From the NCBI GenBank assembly GCA_021296135.1, contig JAGWAZ010000001.1, positions 1,908 to 65,907 of the forward strand: a DNA stretch of 64,000 nucleotides. The letters are read 5' to 3'. Positions 27,403-38,171 of the stretch are shown here, in pieces. The notes under the pieces are model-generated. The model ran no database searches. It was not told the DNA's origin and worked only from the letters and a program-made list of their open reading frames with translations. Position 1 is the stretch's first letter. Every line of letters starts with the position of its first letter. This DNA comes from Chlorobiota bacterium. Its GTDB lineage: Bacteria > Bacteroidota > Ignavibacteria > OLB7. The position numbers were made by a program, and so were the translations under genes.

Positions 27403-27523
27403 CGGCGATCATCCTCTCATCTGATCTGTAGAGTTTCTTTGCAGGTACGATTGGGAAATATCATCACATCAACAATTGGGATATGGAATCTTCGAAAGCT
27501 ACGAAGCATAGGTGATGCATGTT

Positions 27524-28093
27524 TCAACTTGGTGTGATAAAGCGTGACTCAGTCACAATACCGTCGAGAGTGATATCGAGGTGATCGACTGGAATGGAAG
27601 GAAAAATCTGGAGATCAAAGGCAACACCAATTGTAGGGCGAGGATTTTGGGTCAGGAATTGGTCGTAATACCCCTTCCCATACCCAATCCGATTACAGTT
27701 TTCATCTGCAGCTACAAGGGGAACAAAGACGAGATCACATTGATCCATGTCAAAGCGTTCTGCATTGACCGGTTCGGGAATTCCACGTGATCCGGTCATA
27801 TACTCTGTATCTTCGGTTATCTCAAATTGATGACTTCCACTATCAGGCTGTACTCTCATGAGGCCCACTTTCTTGCCCATTCCCCAAGCCAGAGAGATCA
27901 ATGGTTTGAGATCGACTTCTGACTGAACCGGTAAATAGACATGGATCCCTCGCGCGTCAAGGAATCGGTCATCTTCGGATAACGTCTCGCAGATATAACG
28001 ACTCTTTTCCGTCCGTTCCTCAGGTGTGAGCTGATCCCTCTGCTTCAGCGCTATCGCCCGAATTTCGGCTTTCGTTGTGGGAGTAGTATTCAT
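27524..28093 (-). CDS. 5-formyltetrahydrofolate cyclo-ligase
   Basis: 189 aa, MTHFS-like pattern (..IRAIALKQRDQLTPEER.., GYGKGYYD). Confidence 0.7.
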   Translation of the reverse strand: MNTTPTTKAEIRAIALKQRDQLTPEERTEKSRYICETLSEDDRFLDARGIHVYLPVQSEVDLKPLISLAWGMGKKVGLMRVQPDSGSHQFEITEDTEYMTGSRGIPEPVNAERFDMDQCDLVFVPLVAADENCNRIGYGKGYYDQFLTQNPRPTIGVAFDLQIFPSIPVDHLDITLDGIVTESRFITPS

Positions 28094-28105
28094 ATCAAAG
28101 CATGG

Positions 28106-29446
28106 TTATGCAAAATCAGTGCATTGCGCTCCGGAAGCATCCCCAATCTGCTTTGCAAACTCCGGATGTGTGGCAAGCTCACCAACTGCATTAATAAGGG
28201 CATGCATATCACTTTCATTGTTAAAGATGCCTATAGTTGCTCGCACCGCACCCGGTTTAGGAGCATCGGGATTTTCCAATATTGCCTGGAGGACTACTTC
28301 AGGATTGTCACAATCAAGGAGTTTCGAAACATATGGATGAGCACAGAAACAGCCGTTCCTTGTAGCTATGCCGTAAGTGTCATTCAGTAGAGAAGAGACA
28401 CCCTCGTCGAAGTAGCCATCTATGTTAAAAGAGAGTACGGCAAGACGCTCATCCGGCGGGATATTCCCCAACATTTTCACTCCCGGGATGTTTTCAAGAC
28501 GTTCCTTGGTCATTCGAAGCAACCCCAGTTCATGCTCACGTATCCAATCCATTCCGATTTCATCGAGCCATTCCAGCGTCTTACCAAAAGCAACCACCCC
28601 AGGGATATTTGGAGTCCCCGCAAGGTGACGATCCTGACCTTCGGCCCAGATGACATTGTTGTTGGTCACAAACTGCACAGTGCCGCCGCCAGGTATATAA
28701 GGCGTTGTCGCATCACATGTTTTCCGGGGAGCAACGAGAAATGCGGCTCCAAACGGAGCATAAGCCTTGTGACCAGCCGCCGCAAAGAAATCGATATGTT
28801 CGTCGTTATCACACGACTTTATATCGACCTTTTTGTGCGCAAGGAGCTGGGCACCATCGACAAGAATTTTTGCTCCATGCTCGTGAGCAAGTCGAGCGAT
28901 TGCGTGAATATCCGGAAGATACCCGGTCACATTGCTTGCTCCGGTCACAGCAACCAGTTTTACTCGATGAGACTTGATCTTCTTTTGCAGGTCATTGTAA
29001 TCGAGTTTTCCATCGCTATCAACCAGAACCTTAACCACCTCCCCTCTTCTTCTATGAGGAAGGTCGTTTGAGTGATGCTCCATTTCGGTAACGAGTGTGG
29101 CCCCCTCCACATCCTGCATGATATAGCTTGCAATATCAATGGCTGTTGTCGTGTTGAGAGTAAAGATCACCTGGTTCCGATCGTGCTCGCCGCCAATAAA
29201 TCTCAAAATCGTGTCGGTGACGCTATCAAAGAGTTCCGAGGCCTTTTGTGAGAGATAATGATTTCCACGGTGGATGTTTGCATAGTAGTGTTGGAGAAAG
29301 TCACGATAAAAATCGAGGATATTGGACGGAGGATGCGTGCTGGCCCCGTGATCGAGGTAGATAATCCTGCGCGAGTTGCCGACAGGAGAGATGAATTCCT
29401 GGTCTGTAACAGGAAACAAATTCCTCATTGATTCGAGCTTCTGCAT
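28106..29446 (-). CDS. Class V aminotransferase-fold PLP enzyme (cysteine desulfurase / SufS-CsdA-like)
   Basis: IYLDHGASTHPP, PLP-lysine region ...FFAAAGHKAYAPFGAAFLV..., 446 aa. Confidence 0.7.
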   Translation of the reverse strand: MQKLESMRNLFPVTDQEFISPVGNSRRIIYLDHGASTHPPSNILDFYRDFLQHYYANIHRGNHYLSQKASELFDSVTDTILRFIGGEHDRNQVIFTLNTTTAIDIASYIMQDVEGATLVTEMEHHSNDLPHRRRGEVVKVLVDSDGKLDYNDLQKKIKSHRVKLVAVTGASNVTGYLPDIHAIARLAHEHGAKILVDGAQLLAHKKVDIKSCDNDEHIDFFAAAGHKAYAPFGAAFLVAPRKTCDATTPYIPGGGTVQFVTNNNVIWAEGQDRHLAGTPNIPGVVAFGKTLEWLDEIGMDWIREHELGLLRMTKERLENIPGVKMLGNIPPDERLAVLSFNIDGYFDEGVSSLLNDTYGIATRNGCFCAHPYVSKLLDCDNPEVVLQAILENPDAPKPGAVRATIGIFNNESDMHALINAVGELATHPEFAKQIGDASGAQCTDFA

Positions 29447-29669
29447 ACGCTGGAAACAAGCTATTGAACATGAGAATTATCTACCAACAGGAAAGATACT
29501 CAGTCGCCCCAAATCAGCAATTATGCGCCAGAACGTATCAGGAGTAATGTTTCACTTGTAAGCAACGTTAAGGATGGCGAACTTCACGCAGTCTATATGC
29601 TGACCGAGCCATTTTGAATTGGCCTAAGAGTCTAAGCCTTGAGCCTTTCCGTCAAAGAGTAATTCTCAC

Positions 29670-30449
29670 ATGAGCCAAGAAACCGGAATCCTCAAAAAGT
29701 CCCTCGTTGAGTTTGGACGTTATGCCCATTTCATCGGCACCTATTTCAAAACAGCATTGAAGCCTCCCTATGAGTGGAGACAAGTGTTCAGACATATTGA
29801 CGAATTGGGGACGTATTCTACGCCATTGGTAATGGTGACAAATTTCCTGATTGGAGCTATTCTTGCCTTTCAAGCCCGCCCGACAATGGAGGAGTTCGGA
29901 GCAGCAGGTTACCTTCCTGCCCTTGTCACACGATCACTGGTTATCGAGCTTTCACCGGTTATCACAGCACTAATTGTCGCCGGTCGCGTCTCATCCGGTA
30001 TTGGTGCCGAGCTCGGTTCAATGAAAGTAACTGAACAGCTTGAAGCGATGGAATGTTCCGGAGTCGATCCATATAACTACCTGGTAACAACAAGAATTAA
30101 CGCTCTGATCCTGCTGATGCCGATTCTCACAATGATTGCCGACTTTGTCGGAATTTTTGGAGCATATGTCGCAGAGTGGATTGCAACGGGTGCAACAATG
30201 GAACTTTTTTATCAGCAAGTACAGGAGTTCCTCTATTTCTGGGATATTGTACCAGGAGTGTTTAAAACAACGTTCTTTGGATTCATAATAGCCTTGATAG
30301 GTGCATACAAAGGATTTAACGCAACATCCGGAACTCAGGGCGTGGGAAGAGCGACAACATCGGCCGTTGTGGTAGCTTCCCTCTGGATATTAATCATAGA
30401 TCTGATATTGGTCAAGATAGTGGTTGATTACCGCCCTGATCTCTACTAA
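29670..30449 (+). CDS. mlaE: Mla-type ABC transporter permease
   Basis: 259-aa polytopic protein with an MlaE-like signature, followed by MlaF and MlaD homologs. Confidence 0.8.
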   Translation: MSQETGILKKSLVEFGRYAHFIGTYFKTALKPPYEWRQVFRHIDELGTYSTPLVMVTNFLIGAILAFQARPTMEEFGAAGYLPALVTRSLVIELSPVITALIVAGRVSSGIGAELGSMKVTEQLEAMECSGVDPYNYLVTTRINALILLMPILTMIADFVGIFGAYVAEWIATGATMELFYQQVQEFLYFWDIVPGVFKTTFFGFIIALIGAYKGFNATSGTQGVGRATTSAVVVASLWILIIDLILVKIVVDYRPDLY

Positions 30450-30485
30450 GCAAGAAGTCGATAGCGAGCTTGGTACTAACGTTCA

Positions 30486-31211
30486 ATGATTGTTATACGC
30501 GATCTATATAAAGCCTTTTCCGAGACATTACGACCTCTACAGGGAGTCCATCTCGTTGCTGAAGAGAAAACAAATACGGTCCTTATCGGTAAGTCTGGTT
30601 CTGGGAAATCGGTCTTACTCAAGAGCATAGTCGGACTACTGGAGCCGGACAAGGGAAGCATTCTTGTGGACGAAGTCGAGGTTGTTGATTCAAGACAAGA
30701 TACGCTTCAGAAAATTCGCCATAATGTCGGTTACGTCTTTCAGAGCGGTGCGCTCTATGATTCGCTGACAGTCGGTGAGAATCTTGCCTTTCCACTTGAG
30801 AAGACGAGGGACTTATCTCGCGGAGAAATCAATGACCGCGTAGCATATTATCTTGAACAGGTGGGATTACCCGAAAAAATTGGCCGGATGCCCTCGGAGC
30901 TTTCGGGCGGTCAACGGAAAAGAATCGGTGTGGCCCGGACAATCGTTACAGAGCCGAAATACCTTCTCTATGATGAACCGACAACAGGACTTGATCCGTT
31001 AACGACAAAGGAGATTGCTGAATTTATAGTGAAGTTACGAGATGACCTTGACATTACCGGTATTGCCGTGACGCATGATCCTTACTGCCTCCAAATCGTT
31101 GCAGATACTGTTGCCTACATTGATGAAGGGATCATCAAGTTTAGCGGACATACAGATGAGGCACGTCAGACGGCTGATCCCTTTCTGAAAGCGTTTTTCC
31201 AAACAGTATAA
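30486..31211 (+). CDS. mlaF: Mla-type ABC transporter ATP-binding protein
   Basis: Walker A GKSGSGKS, signature LSGGQRKR, Walker B LLYDEP. Confidence 0.8.
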   Translation: MIVIRDLYKAFSETLRPLQGVHLVAEEKTNTVLIGKSGSGKSVLLKSIVGLLEPDKGSILVDEVEVVDSRQDTLQKIRHNVGYVFQSGALYDSLTVGENLAFPLEKTRDLSRGEINDRVAYYLEQVGLPEKIGRMPSELSGGQRKRIGVARTIVTEPKYLLYDEPTTGLDPLTTKEIAEFIVKLRDDLDITGIAVTHDPYCLQIVADTVAYIDEGIIKFSGHTDEARQTADPFLKAFFQTV

Positions 31212-31248
31212 TTGATGAGAATCAAGCGTTAACTATTATTGAATTTGT

Positions 31249-32316
31249 ATGAATACTCAAGAAACACAACAAGGTTCTTCGGTCATAGAAGAGAGTCCAT
31301 TTCAGGGCAAGCGACGTAGACGGATCAATCGTTCGTTACGGGTAGGGCTCTTCTTCCTGATTGCACTGGTTCTGTTAGTCCTGCTCGTCTTTGTCCTCGG
31401 TGACCGTCGGAACCTGTTTGGTAATACGTTCAATATTACTGCACAGTTCGAGAACGTTGAGGGACTCCGCTCGGGAGCCGCAGTCTTCATCAGCGGGATT
31501 CGTGTTGGAAGTGTTGATGCGGTCAACCTTGTTGCAGACACTACCCTGAAAGTTCGTGTGAAGATGACGATCGAAAAGAAGTATCATGAGTTGATTACAA
31601 CCTCCTCAGTTGCCGCAGTCGGCCAGATCGGTCTGGTTGGGGACAAACATGTGGAGATATCAACACCCGATGTCTCCGCCCCGATAGTGGCCAAAGGTTC
31701 GGAGATCAAAACAAACTCTCCCCTTGCCTATACCGATATTCTTGAAGAAGCAAACCAGGCGGTTGCAAACACAGAAAGCATCACTGCTTCTCTTGATACG
31801 CTCTTTTTCAGATTTCGCAGGGGTGAAGGCACGCTCGGAAAGTTTCTGACCGATGATGCTGCCTACAATGAACTGGTCGGCGTCGGAGCTTCGGCACAAG
31901 AGCTTTTCGATGAGACAACACGTCGGTTTGCACAGCTCGCCGTAATCCTCCGTGCAACAGCCAAGAACGTTGACAACATAACACGAGAAAGCGAACAGTT
32001 GATTCAGGATCTTGGTGAAGGGAAAGGAACGGTCGGTGCTTTGCTCTATGACCGCTCTCTCTACGACTCGCTTGAATCATTGGTAGAAACCCTGAACCGG
32101 ACTGCGGACAACGCTGGAATGGCTGCGCGCGAATTCGGAACAAACATGCGTGGCCTCAGAGATAACTGGCTGCTCGGCGGTCTCTTCAGTGGCAGCGAAG
32201 CTGATGAAAGAGACCTTGAACTCATGCAGAATGAAATTAATATTCAGAAAGAGGAGCTGCGCAGACAGGAAGAGCTCTTGAAGCAGAGGGAAAGAGAGCT
32301 TCTTACAAATCCGTAA
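31249..32316 (+). CDS. mlaD: MlaD/MCE-domain protein with a C-terminal coiled coil
   Basis: N-terminal TM segment, MCE domain (..LRSGAAVFISGIRVGSV..), C-terminal E/Q/R-rich coiled coil. Confidence 0.75.
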   Translation: MNTQETQQGSSVIEESPFQGKRRRRINRSLRVGLFFLIALVLLVLLVFVLGDRRNLFGNTFNITAQFENVEGLRSGAAVFISGIRVGSVDAVNLVADTTLKVRVKMTIEKKYHELITTSSVAAVGQIGLVGDKHVEISTPDVSAPIVAKGSEIKTNSPLAYTDILEEANQAVANTESITASLDTLFFRFRRGEGTLGKFLTDDAAYNELVGVGASAQELFDETTRRFAQLAVILRATAKNVDNITRESEQLIQDLGEGKGTVGALLYDRSLYDSLESLVETLNRTADNAGMAAREFGTNMRGLRDNWLLGGLFSGSEADERDLELMQNEINIQKEELRRQEELLKQRERELLTNP

Positions 32317-32492
32317 CGCTGCGTACAAGCAGGAGAGGATGGTTGCTCGGTTTCCCCATTTTCTCCCTATCTTTAAGGATTCAAAATCGGAACGCCTGTC
32401 GTACTGGCTAACCACAACTGATGAGGGAAGATATCCGACCATGAGCTATAACCGACAGGCAAACGCTCATGGTCTTTTCGTTTATAGCCTTA

Positions 32493-34507
32493 TGGAAAAC
32501 ATTAAGATCACGCTTCCCGATGGGAAGTCACTGGAATTTGAAAGGGGTATCACGGGCTTGGAGATTGCCCGTTCGATATCTGGAGGCCTGGCACGAGCAG
32601 CCGTGGGAATTATTGTTAACAATGAACCCTATGACTTGTCCCGTCCAATCAACGAGGCGGCTCACATCAACATCTTGAAGTTTGATGATAAAGAGGGGAA
32701 GGCTATCTACTGGCATTCCTCGGCTCATCTGATGGCCGAAGCGGTTGAAGCTCTGTATCCCGGAACCAAGTTCGGCATAGGCCCTCCCGTCGAGAATGGT
32801 TTTTACTACGACATGGACATTCCAGATTATCAATTAAGTACTGAGGATCTGGAGCGGGTCGAAAAGAAGATGATCGAGCTTGCTAAACAGGACAATCAGT
32901 TTGAGCGAATTCCGATCTCGTGGGGTGATGCCATTGCCTACTTCAAGGAGAAAGGGGATGAGTATAAACTTGAACTTCTCGATGAGTTCAAGGATCGAGA
33001 GATCACGTTCTATCGACAGGGGAACTTTACCGATCTCTGCCGTGGCACTCATGTTCGGTCAACCGGAATGATAAAGGCTATAAAGCTAACCTCGATTTCG
33101 AGCGCCTATTGGCGTGGTGATCAGTCCCGTCAACAACTTCAGCGTGTATATGGCATCAGCTTTCCAAAGAAGAAGATGCTTGATGAGCACATGGTGATGT
33201 TGGAAGAGGCGAAGAAACGGGATCATCGCAAGCTTGGGCGTGAGCTTGAACTCTTTCACATCACACCGGAGGTTGGTGTTGGCCTCCCACTCTGGCTTCC
33301 AAAGGGAACAATGTTGCGCGAGACGCTTGAGAATTTTCTCCGCGGGGAACAGAAACGCCTTGGCTACCAGCCTGTGGTAACGCCACATATTGGCAATCTG
33401 GAATTATACAAGACGAGTGGACACTACCCTTACTATGCCGATAGCCAGTTCTCACCCATTGAACTCGATGAAGACGAGAGCTATCTGCTGAAACCAATGA
33501 ACTGTCCACACCACTGCCATATATACAAGAGCAAACCGAGGAGCTATCGCGATCTCCCTCTTCGACTTGCAGAGTTTGGCACTGTCTATCGTTATGAAAA
33601 ATCGGGTCAGCTTAACGGCCTTACGCGAGTTCGTGGCTTTACTGTTGACGATTCACATATTTTCGCCGGACCCGACCAGGTTAAAGAGGAAGTGAACAAA
33701 GTGCTTGAGTTGATCAAGTTTGTGATGAACTCCCTCCAATTCCAAGACTTCTCTATTCGACTCTCATTCAGCGATCCGGAGAATCGAGAGAAGTATGTTG
33801 GATCAAAGGAATTGTGGGATCAGGCGGAGCGCGAACTACTTGAGGTTGCTGAGTCGAACGGCCTTGACTACCAGATCGATCCGGGCGAAGCAGCCTTCTA
33901 CGGGCCAAAGATCGACTTCATGGTAAGGGATGCCATCGGCAGAGAGTGGCAGCTTGGCACTGTGCAGCTTGACTACAACCTGCCGGAACGCTTTGATCTT
34001 GAATACACGGGTCAGGATGGAGAGCGCCATCGTCCCGTTATGGTGCATCGTGCTCCTTTCGGTTCTATGGAGCGCTTTATTGGAGTACTTATCGAACACT
34101 TTGCCGGGAATTTCCCGTTCTGGCTTGCACCGGTTCAGGCAATGGTCCTTCCGATCTCAGAACACTATCTCGATTATGGAGAACATGTTCGTGACATCTT
34201 ATCGAACGCAGGCTACCGTGTTGAGATCAACGAACGTGGTGAGAAAATCGGATATAAAATTCGAGAGGCGGAAGTGCAGAAGATTCCGTATATGCTGATC
34301 GTCGGCGAGAAAGAGAAGGAGGCTAACTCTGTTGCGGTCCGCATTCATGGACAGGGAGATCAGGGATCATCAACGGTTGAAGAGTTACTGGCCGAGTTCT
34401 CTCATCTGAACAGACCGGAGTCGATCAGGTCACAACCAGTGGAGGAGACTGCTATTGAAATCCATCACCATGAAGCAATTGAGCATGTTGCGCCGGATAC
34501 GAGATAG
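32493..34507 (+). CDS. thrS: Threonine--tRNA ligase
   Basis: Start chosen at MENIKITLPDGK (cf. E. coli MPVITLPDGS). HSCAHLL editing motif as SSAHLM. Class II motifs. Anticodon-binding domain at the C-terminus. Confidence 0.9.
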
Positions 34508-34688
34508 GTGCTGGTGAACGGATCTTAGGTTGAGAAACAGAGAGCCATACTGTCGACTATAGTGGCATGATGTCACCTATAGGAAGCGTTCAGTAATACA
34601 AACATCCTCCGACTCTGTCGGTTCCAGGATCAGCTTCTGTTGCAGGTTAAGGCGTTCAATCTTGATCCTCGTTTGGCTTGCAAGCGAA

Positions 34689-35270
34689 CTAAGACCGACT
34701 CGCATATTCGGCAATCCGTTCTTTCAAGGACAGAATCACGTAGTGGAAGATCACCGAGTGGATGCTCTCGCACGTACACATATCGTTCAACGGCACATGA
34801 ACTCCTTCCTGGGCTACCTTCTTTACTTTTCCCCCATCAAAACCTGTAATTCCAATGGTCTTCATTCGGCTCTCGTTAGCGTAGTCGATTGCGTTCAATA
34901 GATTTGGACTGTTGCCTGAACCTGAAATGGCAACAAGCAGATCACCCTCGCTACCATATGTACGTAGTTGCTGAAGAAAAACCTGGTCGTATCCTTCGTC
35001 GTTAGCAAGGGCGGAGAAGAAGGGCAGATTATCAGTCAGCGAAAGTGCACGAAGTCTCTTTTGCTGATCCGGGTTGGCCAACGTTCCCTTGGCAAGGTCC
35101 TGGGCAAAATGACTTGCGTTAGCAGCAGAGCCGCCGTTACCGATCACAAAGACCGTTGCCCCACATTCAAACGCATCGTAGAGGGCTTCAACAAGCCCTT
35201 GTACCTCATCCATACTAACCGACTGGAGCGCTTCGAGCGTGTATGCTCTGTAATCCCTGAAGTTCATCAT
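34689..35270 (-). CDS. gmhA: SIS-domain phosphoheptose isomerase (GmhA/DiaA-like)
   Basis: VFVIGNGGSAANASHFAQDL SIS motif, 193 aa. Overlaps the purL stop by 4 bp. Confidence 0.7.
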   Translation of the reverse strand: MMNFRDYRAYTLEALQSVSMDEVQGLVEALYDAFECGATVFVIGNGGSAANASHFAQDLAKGTLANPDQQKRLRALSLTDNLPFFSALANDEGYDQVFLQQLRTYGSEGDLLVAISGSGNSPNLLNAIDYANESRMKTIGITGFDGGKVKKVAQEGVHVPLNDMCTCESIHSVIFHYVILSLKERIAEYASRS

Positions 35271-37513
35271 GCCATTACGTTCTTAAATCCTAATCGCCGC
35301 TCAATTGCCGTATTGTATCGTTCGGCCATCTCAGAAACGTTTGTTGATATGTAGGAGCCAATACGAAAATCCCCATCTGTTACCAGACCAAGAGGAGAAT
35401 ACGGAACAGAATGTGTTTGGGCAATGGCTTTTATCTTCTCTTCGTTTTCAAGAGAGAAGCTGATGACAACTCGTGATTGTGATTCTCCGAAAAGGGCTGA
35501 TATCGGATCTTCAGTCTCAAAGCCAACATCGGCTCCAAGAGTTTGCTCTTTACTGTTGATACTACTCTCTGCCAACGCTATAGCAAGACCACCCTCAGAA
35601 CAATCATGAGCAGAAGAGATGTATCCATTCTGAATAGCTGTAAGGAGAGTTAGATGAAGTCTTTTCTCTACCTCAAGATCTATCGCCGGTGCATCACCTG
35701 CAACTTTTTCAGTCAGGGTTGAAAGAAGCTCACTTCCTCCAAGTTCGTTCCCGACTTCTCCAAGCAACGCAATCAGATCACCTTTGTTCTGAAAACCAGC
35801 AGGAGTAATGTGGTTGAGATCTTCAATCAGACCGAGCATTCCAATCGTTGGTGTAGGATAGACCGCCTTCTCTTGTGATTCATTATGGAACGAGACGTTT
35901 CCTCCGGTCACCGGCGTATCAAAGGAGCGACAAGCATCTCCAATGCCTCGAACTGCTTTTGCAAACTGCCAGTATACTTCAGGGTTATAGGGATTGCCGA
36001 AGTTCAGACAGTTCGTGATTGCAAGCGGAGTAGCACCTGAGCAGACAACGTTCCGTGCTGCTTCCGCCACTGCTATAGCTCCTCCACGATATGGATTCAG
36101 GTAGACATATCGACTATTGCAATCGGTCGCTACGGCAAGTCCTTTTCCGGGGACTTCTTTCAGTCGAAGCACGGCTGCGTCGGAATCAAATGATTGTACG
36201 GTATTGGAACGGACCATCGAATCATACTGATCGTAGACCCATCGTTTGCTCGCGATATTTGGCGATTCCAGCAGTTGGTTAAAGGCGTCGGACGGCGTGA
36301 TACTTCCAATCAACTCGCGAGGGTTGGCCGCCAGGGTTTCATTCAGATATACCGGTTCTTGTTGTTCTCTGATATAGACAGGAGCACCACCACCAAGCAC
36401 AAGGCTCTCAACCGGAATATTTGCAACCCTCTCACCGTTATGATGGAGCTGGATAAAACCATTATCCGTCGTTGTTCCTATGCGTGCAATCGGTACATCC
36501 CATTTCTCGCAGATCGCCTCGGCCTGCGCTATATCCTGCTCTTCGATAACGAGCAACATTCGCTCCTGTGATTCACTGAGCATGATCTCATAGGCTGACA
36601 TATCAGCCTCCCGCAAAGGAACAAGATCGAGGTTGATATTCATTCCCGTTCTTCCCTTCTGGCTCATCTCTGAGGTTGAGCAACTTATTCCAGCCGCTCC
36701 CATATCCTGCATACCAATCACAATACCCGAAGCAATCAACTCAAGGCTTGCCTCCAGAAGCATCTTCTCATAGAATGGATCACCAACCTGAACAGTCGGG
36801 CGCATGTCTTCTGTCTTCTCGTCAAACTCACGCGAGGCGAGGAGAGAAGCGCCGTGAATACCATCCCGACCAGTTCGAGCGCCAAGGATCATTACGGCTT
36901 TTTTCGGAGCGCCACTGGTTGCCGAAGCAGTCTGATCAGCCTTGAGGATACCGACTGCCATCACGTTAACAAGAGGGTTGTCACAATAGCAATCCTCAAA
37001 GAAGACCTCTCCGCCAACGGTTGGAACGCCGAATGAGTTTCCATAGTTACTAATTCCTTTTACAACACCCTCAAAGAGAAATCTTGTTCGCTGATTGTCG
37101 AGTCGTCCGAATCGAAGTGAGTCGAGAGCTGCAATTGGCCGTGCACCCATTGTAAATATATCGCGCAGGATGCCACCAACACCGGTCGCAGCCCCTTGAT
37201 ATGGCTCAACAGCTGAGGGATGATTATGACTTTCAATCTTGAAGGCAACGGCATAGCCATCCTCAATATCAACAAGACCGGCGTTCTCCTCTCCGGCCTC
37301 AACCAAAAGCCTACTGCCGCTTCGAGGGAGTGTCTTAAGTTGTGCGATAGAATTCTTATAGCTGCAATGCTCACTCCACATCACGGAGTAAACGCCAAGT
37401 TCAGTATAGTTCGGAACGCGATCAAGCAATTCGCAGATGCTCTCATACTCCTGCTCGGTCAACCCAAGATTCTTTGCGTCCTCGACAGTAGTTGTATGTG
37501 TGTCAGGATTCAT
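35267..37513 (-). CDS. purL: Phosphoribosylformylglycinamidine synthase subunit II
   Basis: Start chosen at MNPDTHTTTVEDAKNLGLTEQEYE. AIR-synthase-related repeated domains (..GAATGVGGILRDI.. and ..ATDCNSRYV..). Confidence 0.9.
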   Translation of the reverse strand: MNPDTHTTTVEDAKNLGLTEQEYESICELLDRVPNYTELGVYSVMWSEHCSYKNSIAQLKTLPRSGSRLLVEAGEENAGLVDIEDGYAVAFKIESHNHPSAVEPYQGAATGVGGILRDIFTMGARPIAALDSLRFGRLDNQRTRFLFEGVVKGISNYGNSFGVPTVGGEVFFEDCYCDNPLVNVMAVGILKADQTASATSGAPKKAVMILGARTGRDGIHGASLLASREFDEKTEDMRPTVQVGDPFYEKMLLEASLELIASGIVIGMQDMGAAGISCSTSEMSQKGRTGMNINLDLVPLREADMSAYEIMLSESQERMLLVIEEQDIAQAEAICEKWDVPIARIGTTTDNGFIQLHHNGERVANIPVESLVLGGGAPVYIREQQEPVYLNETLAANPRELIGSITPSDAFNQLLESPNIASKRWVYDQYDSMVRSNTVQSFDSDAAVLRLKEVPGKGLAVATDCNSRYVYLNPYRGGAIAVAEAARNVVCSGATPLAITNCLNFGNPYNPEVYWQFAKAVRGIGDACRSFDTPVTGGNVSFHNESQEKAVYPTPTIGMLGLIEDLNHITPAGFQNKGDLIALLGEVGNELGGSELLSTLTEKVAGDAPAIDLEVEKRLHLTLLTAIQNGYISSAHDCSEGGLAIALAESSINSKEQTLGADVGFETEDPISALFGESQSRVVISFSLENEEKIKAIAQTHSVPYSPLGLVTDGDFRIGSYISTNVSEMAERYNTAIERRLGFKNVMA

Positions 37514-37559
37514 TCTGAATGAATACGATTCAATTTTGCTAAATAATAGTTTTGACTTT

Positions 37560-38027
37560 TCACCATGAGATACCAAGTAACACAAGAGGAACTGCAGGAC
37601 TGCCACGACCTTGCCTAAGGAGATTGTATAGTTCCCCCTCGTAGTACGCTACTCCCGAAGACATTTGGGACTGCAATTCTTTCATCGGGAGAATTTCGAC
37701 TCCAACGTCAATGACATCGCCAACAAAGAAGGCCATGTGCTTGACGAAAAGGTCATATGCAACAAATGAGTACTTGCCGAACTGCACTTCAACAGCAACT
37801 CTGTCCTTAACAAAATCAGTCTGGTTGTATGAATAGATCGGCTCTAATCCGGCTTCAAGGATTTCACTTTTTTGTTTCTCTATTGGCATTGTCAATATTT
37901 TGCGGATTAGGCGATGATCAGAAGTAACCCAGTATGAAGTACGAGATTCATGCCATTCATTTTTCTCGAGCTTATCCTTGAATAGACGATTGAGTGCAAT
38001 AGGACTATAAAGGAGTTTTCCTCTCAT
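37560..38027 (-). CDS. Putative Type II restriction endonuclease (BglII/BamHI-like fold). Start uncertain (alternative 38072).
   Basis: Small (~155-170 aa) protein directly downstream of the MTase on the same strand. Segment TDFVKDRVAVEVQFGKYSFVAYDLFVKH resembles the BamHI active-site region (D..EFETGN) and the BglII D/E/Q catalytic arrangement as I recall them. This is not verified. The gene is low-GC. Confidence 0.45.
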   Translation of the reverse strand: MRGKLLYSPIALNRLFKDKLEKNEWHESRTSYWVTSDHRLIRKILTMPIEKQKSEILEAGLEPIYSYNQTDFVKDRVAVEVQFGKYSFVAYDLFVKHMAFFVGDVIDVGVEILPMKELQSQMSSGVAYYEGELYNLLRQGRGSPAVPLVLLGISW

Positions 38028-38171
38028 TGTCTTTTCCTTCGACACTTTTGTACGACGATTTCTCTGCATCAATGTTCTGAATAACGGCTAGAATTTCCTG
38101 CCAAATTTGTGGTTTATGAACGAGTATATGTTCTCGACCATTGAGGTGTGAATATTGCTCGACTATTCGCA

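Noticed and set aside
32339-32492. Extended thrS N-terminus from the ORF caller starting at 32339
   Set aside because: The conserved ThrS N-terminus (MENIKITLPDGK, cf. MPVITLPDGS) begins at 32493. The upstream 50 codons have no ThrS similarity.
37514-37606. Extended purL N-terminus overlapping the putative endonuclease gene
   Set aside because: The PurL-like sequence starts at MNPDTHTTTVEDAKNL (37513). The upstream 31 codons are hydrophobic junk that would overlap the neighbouring gene.
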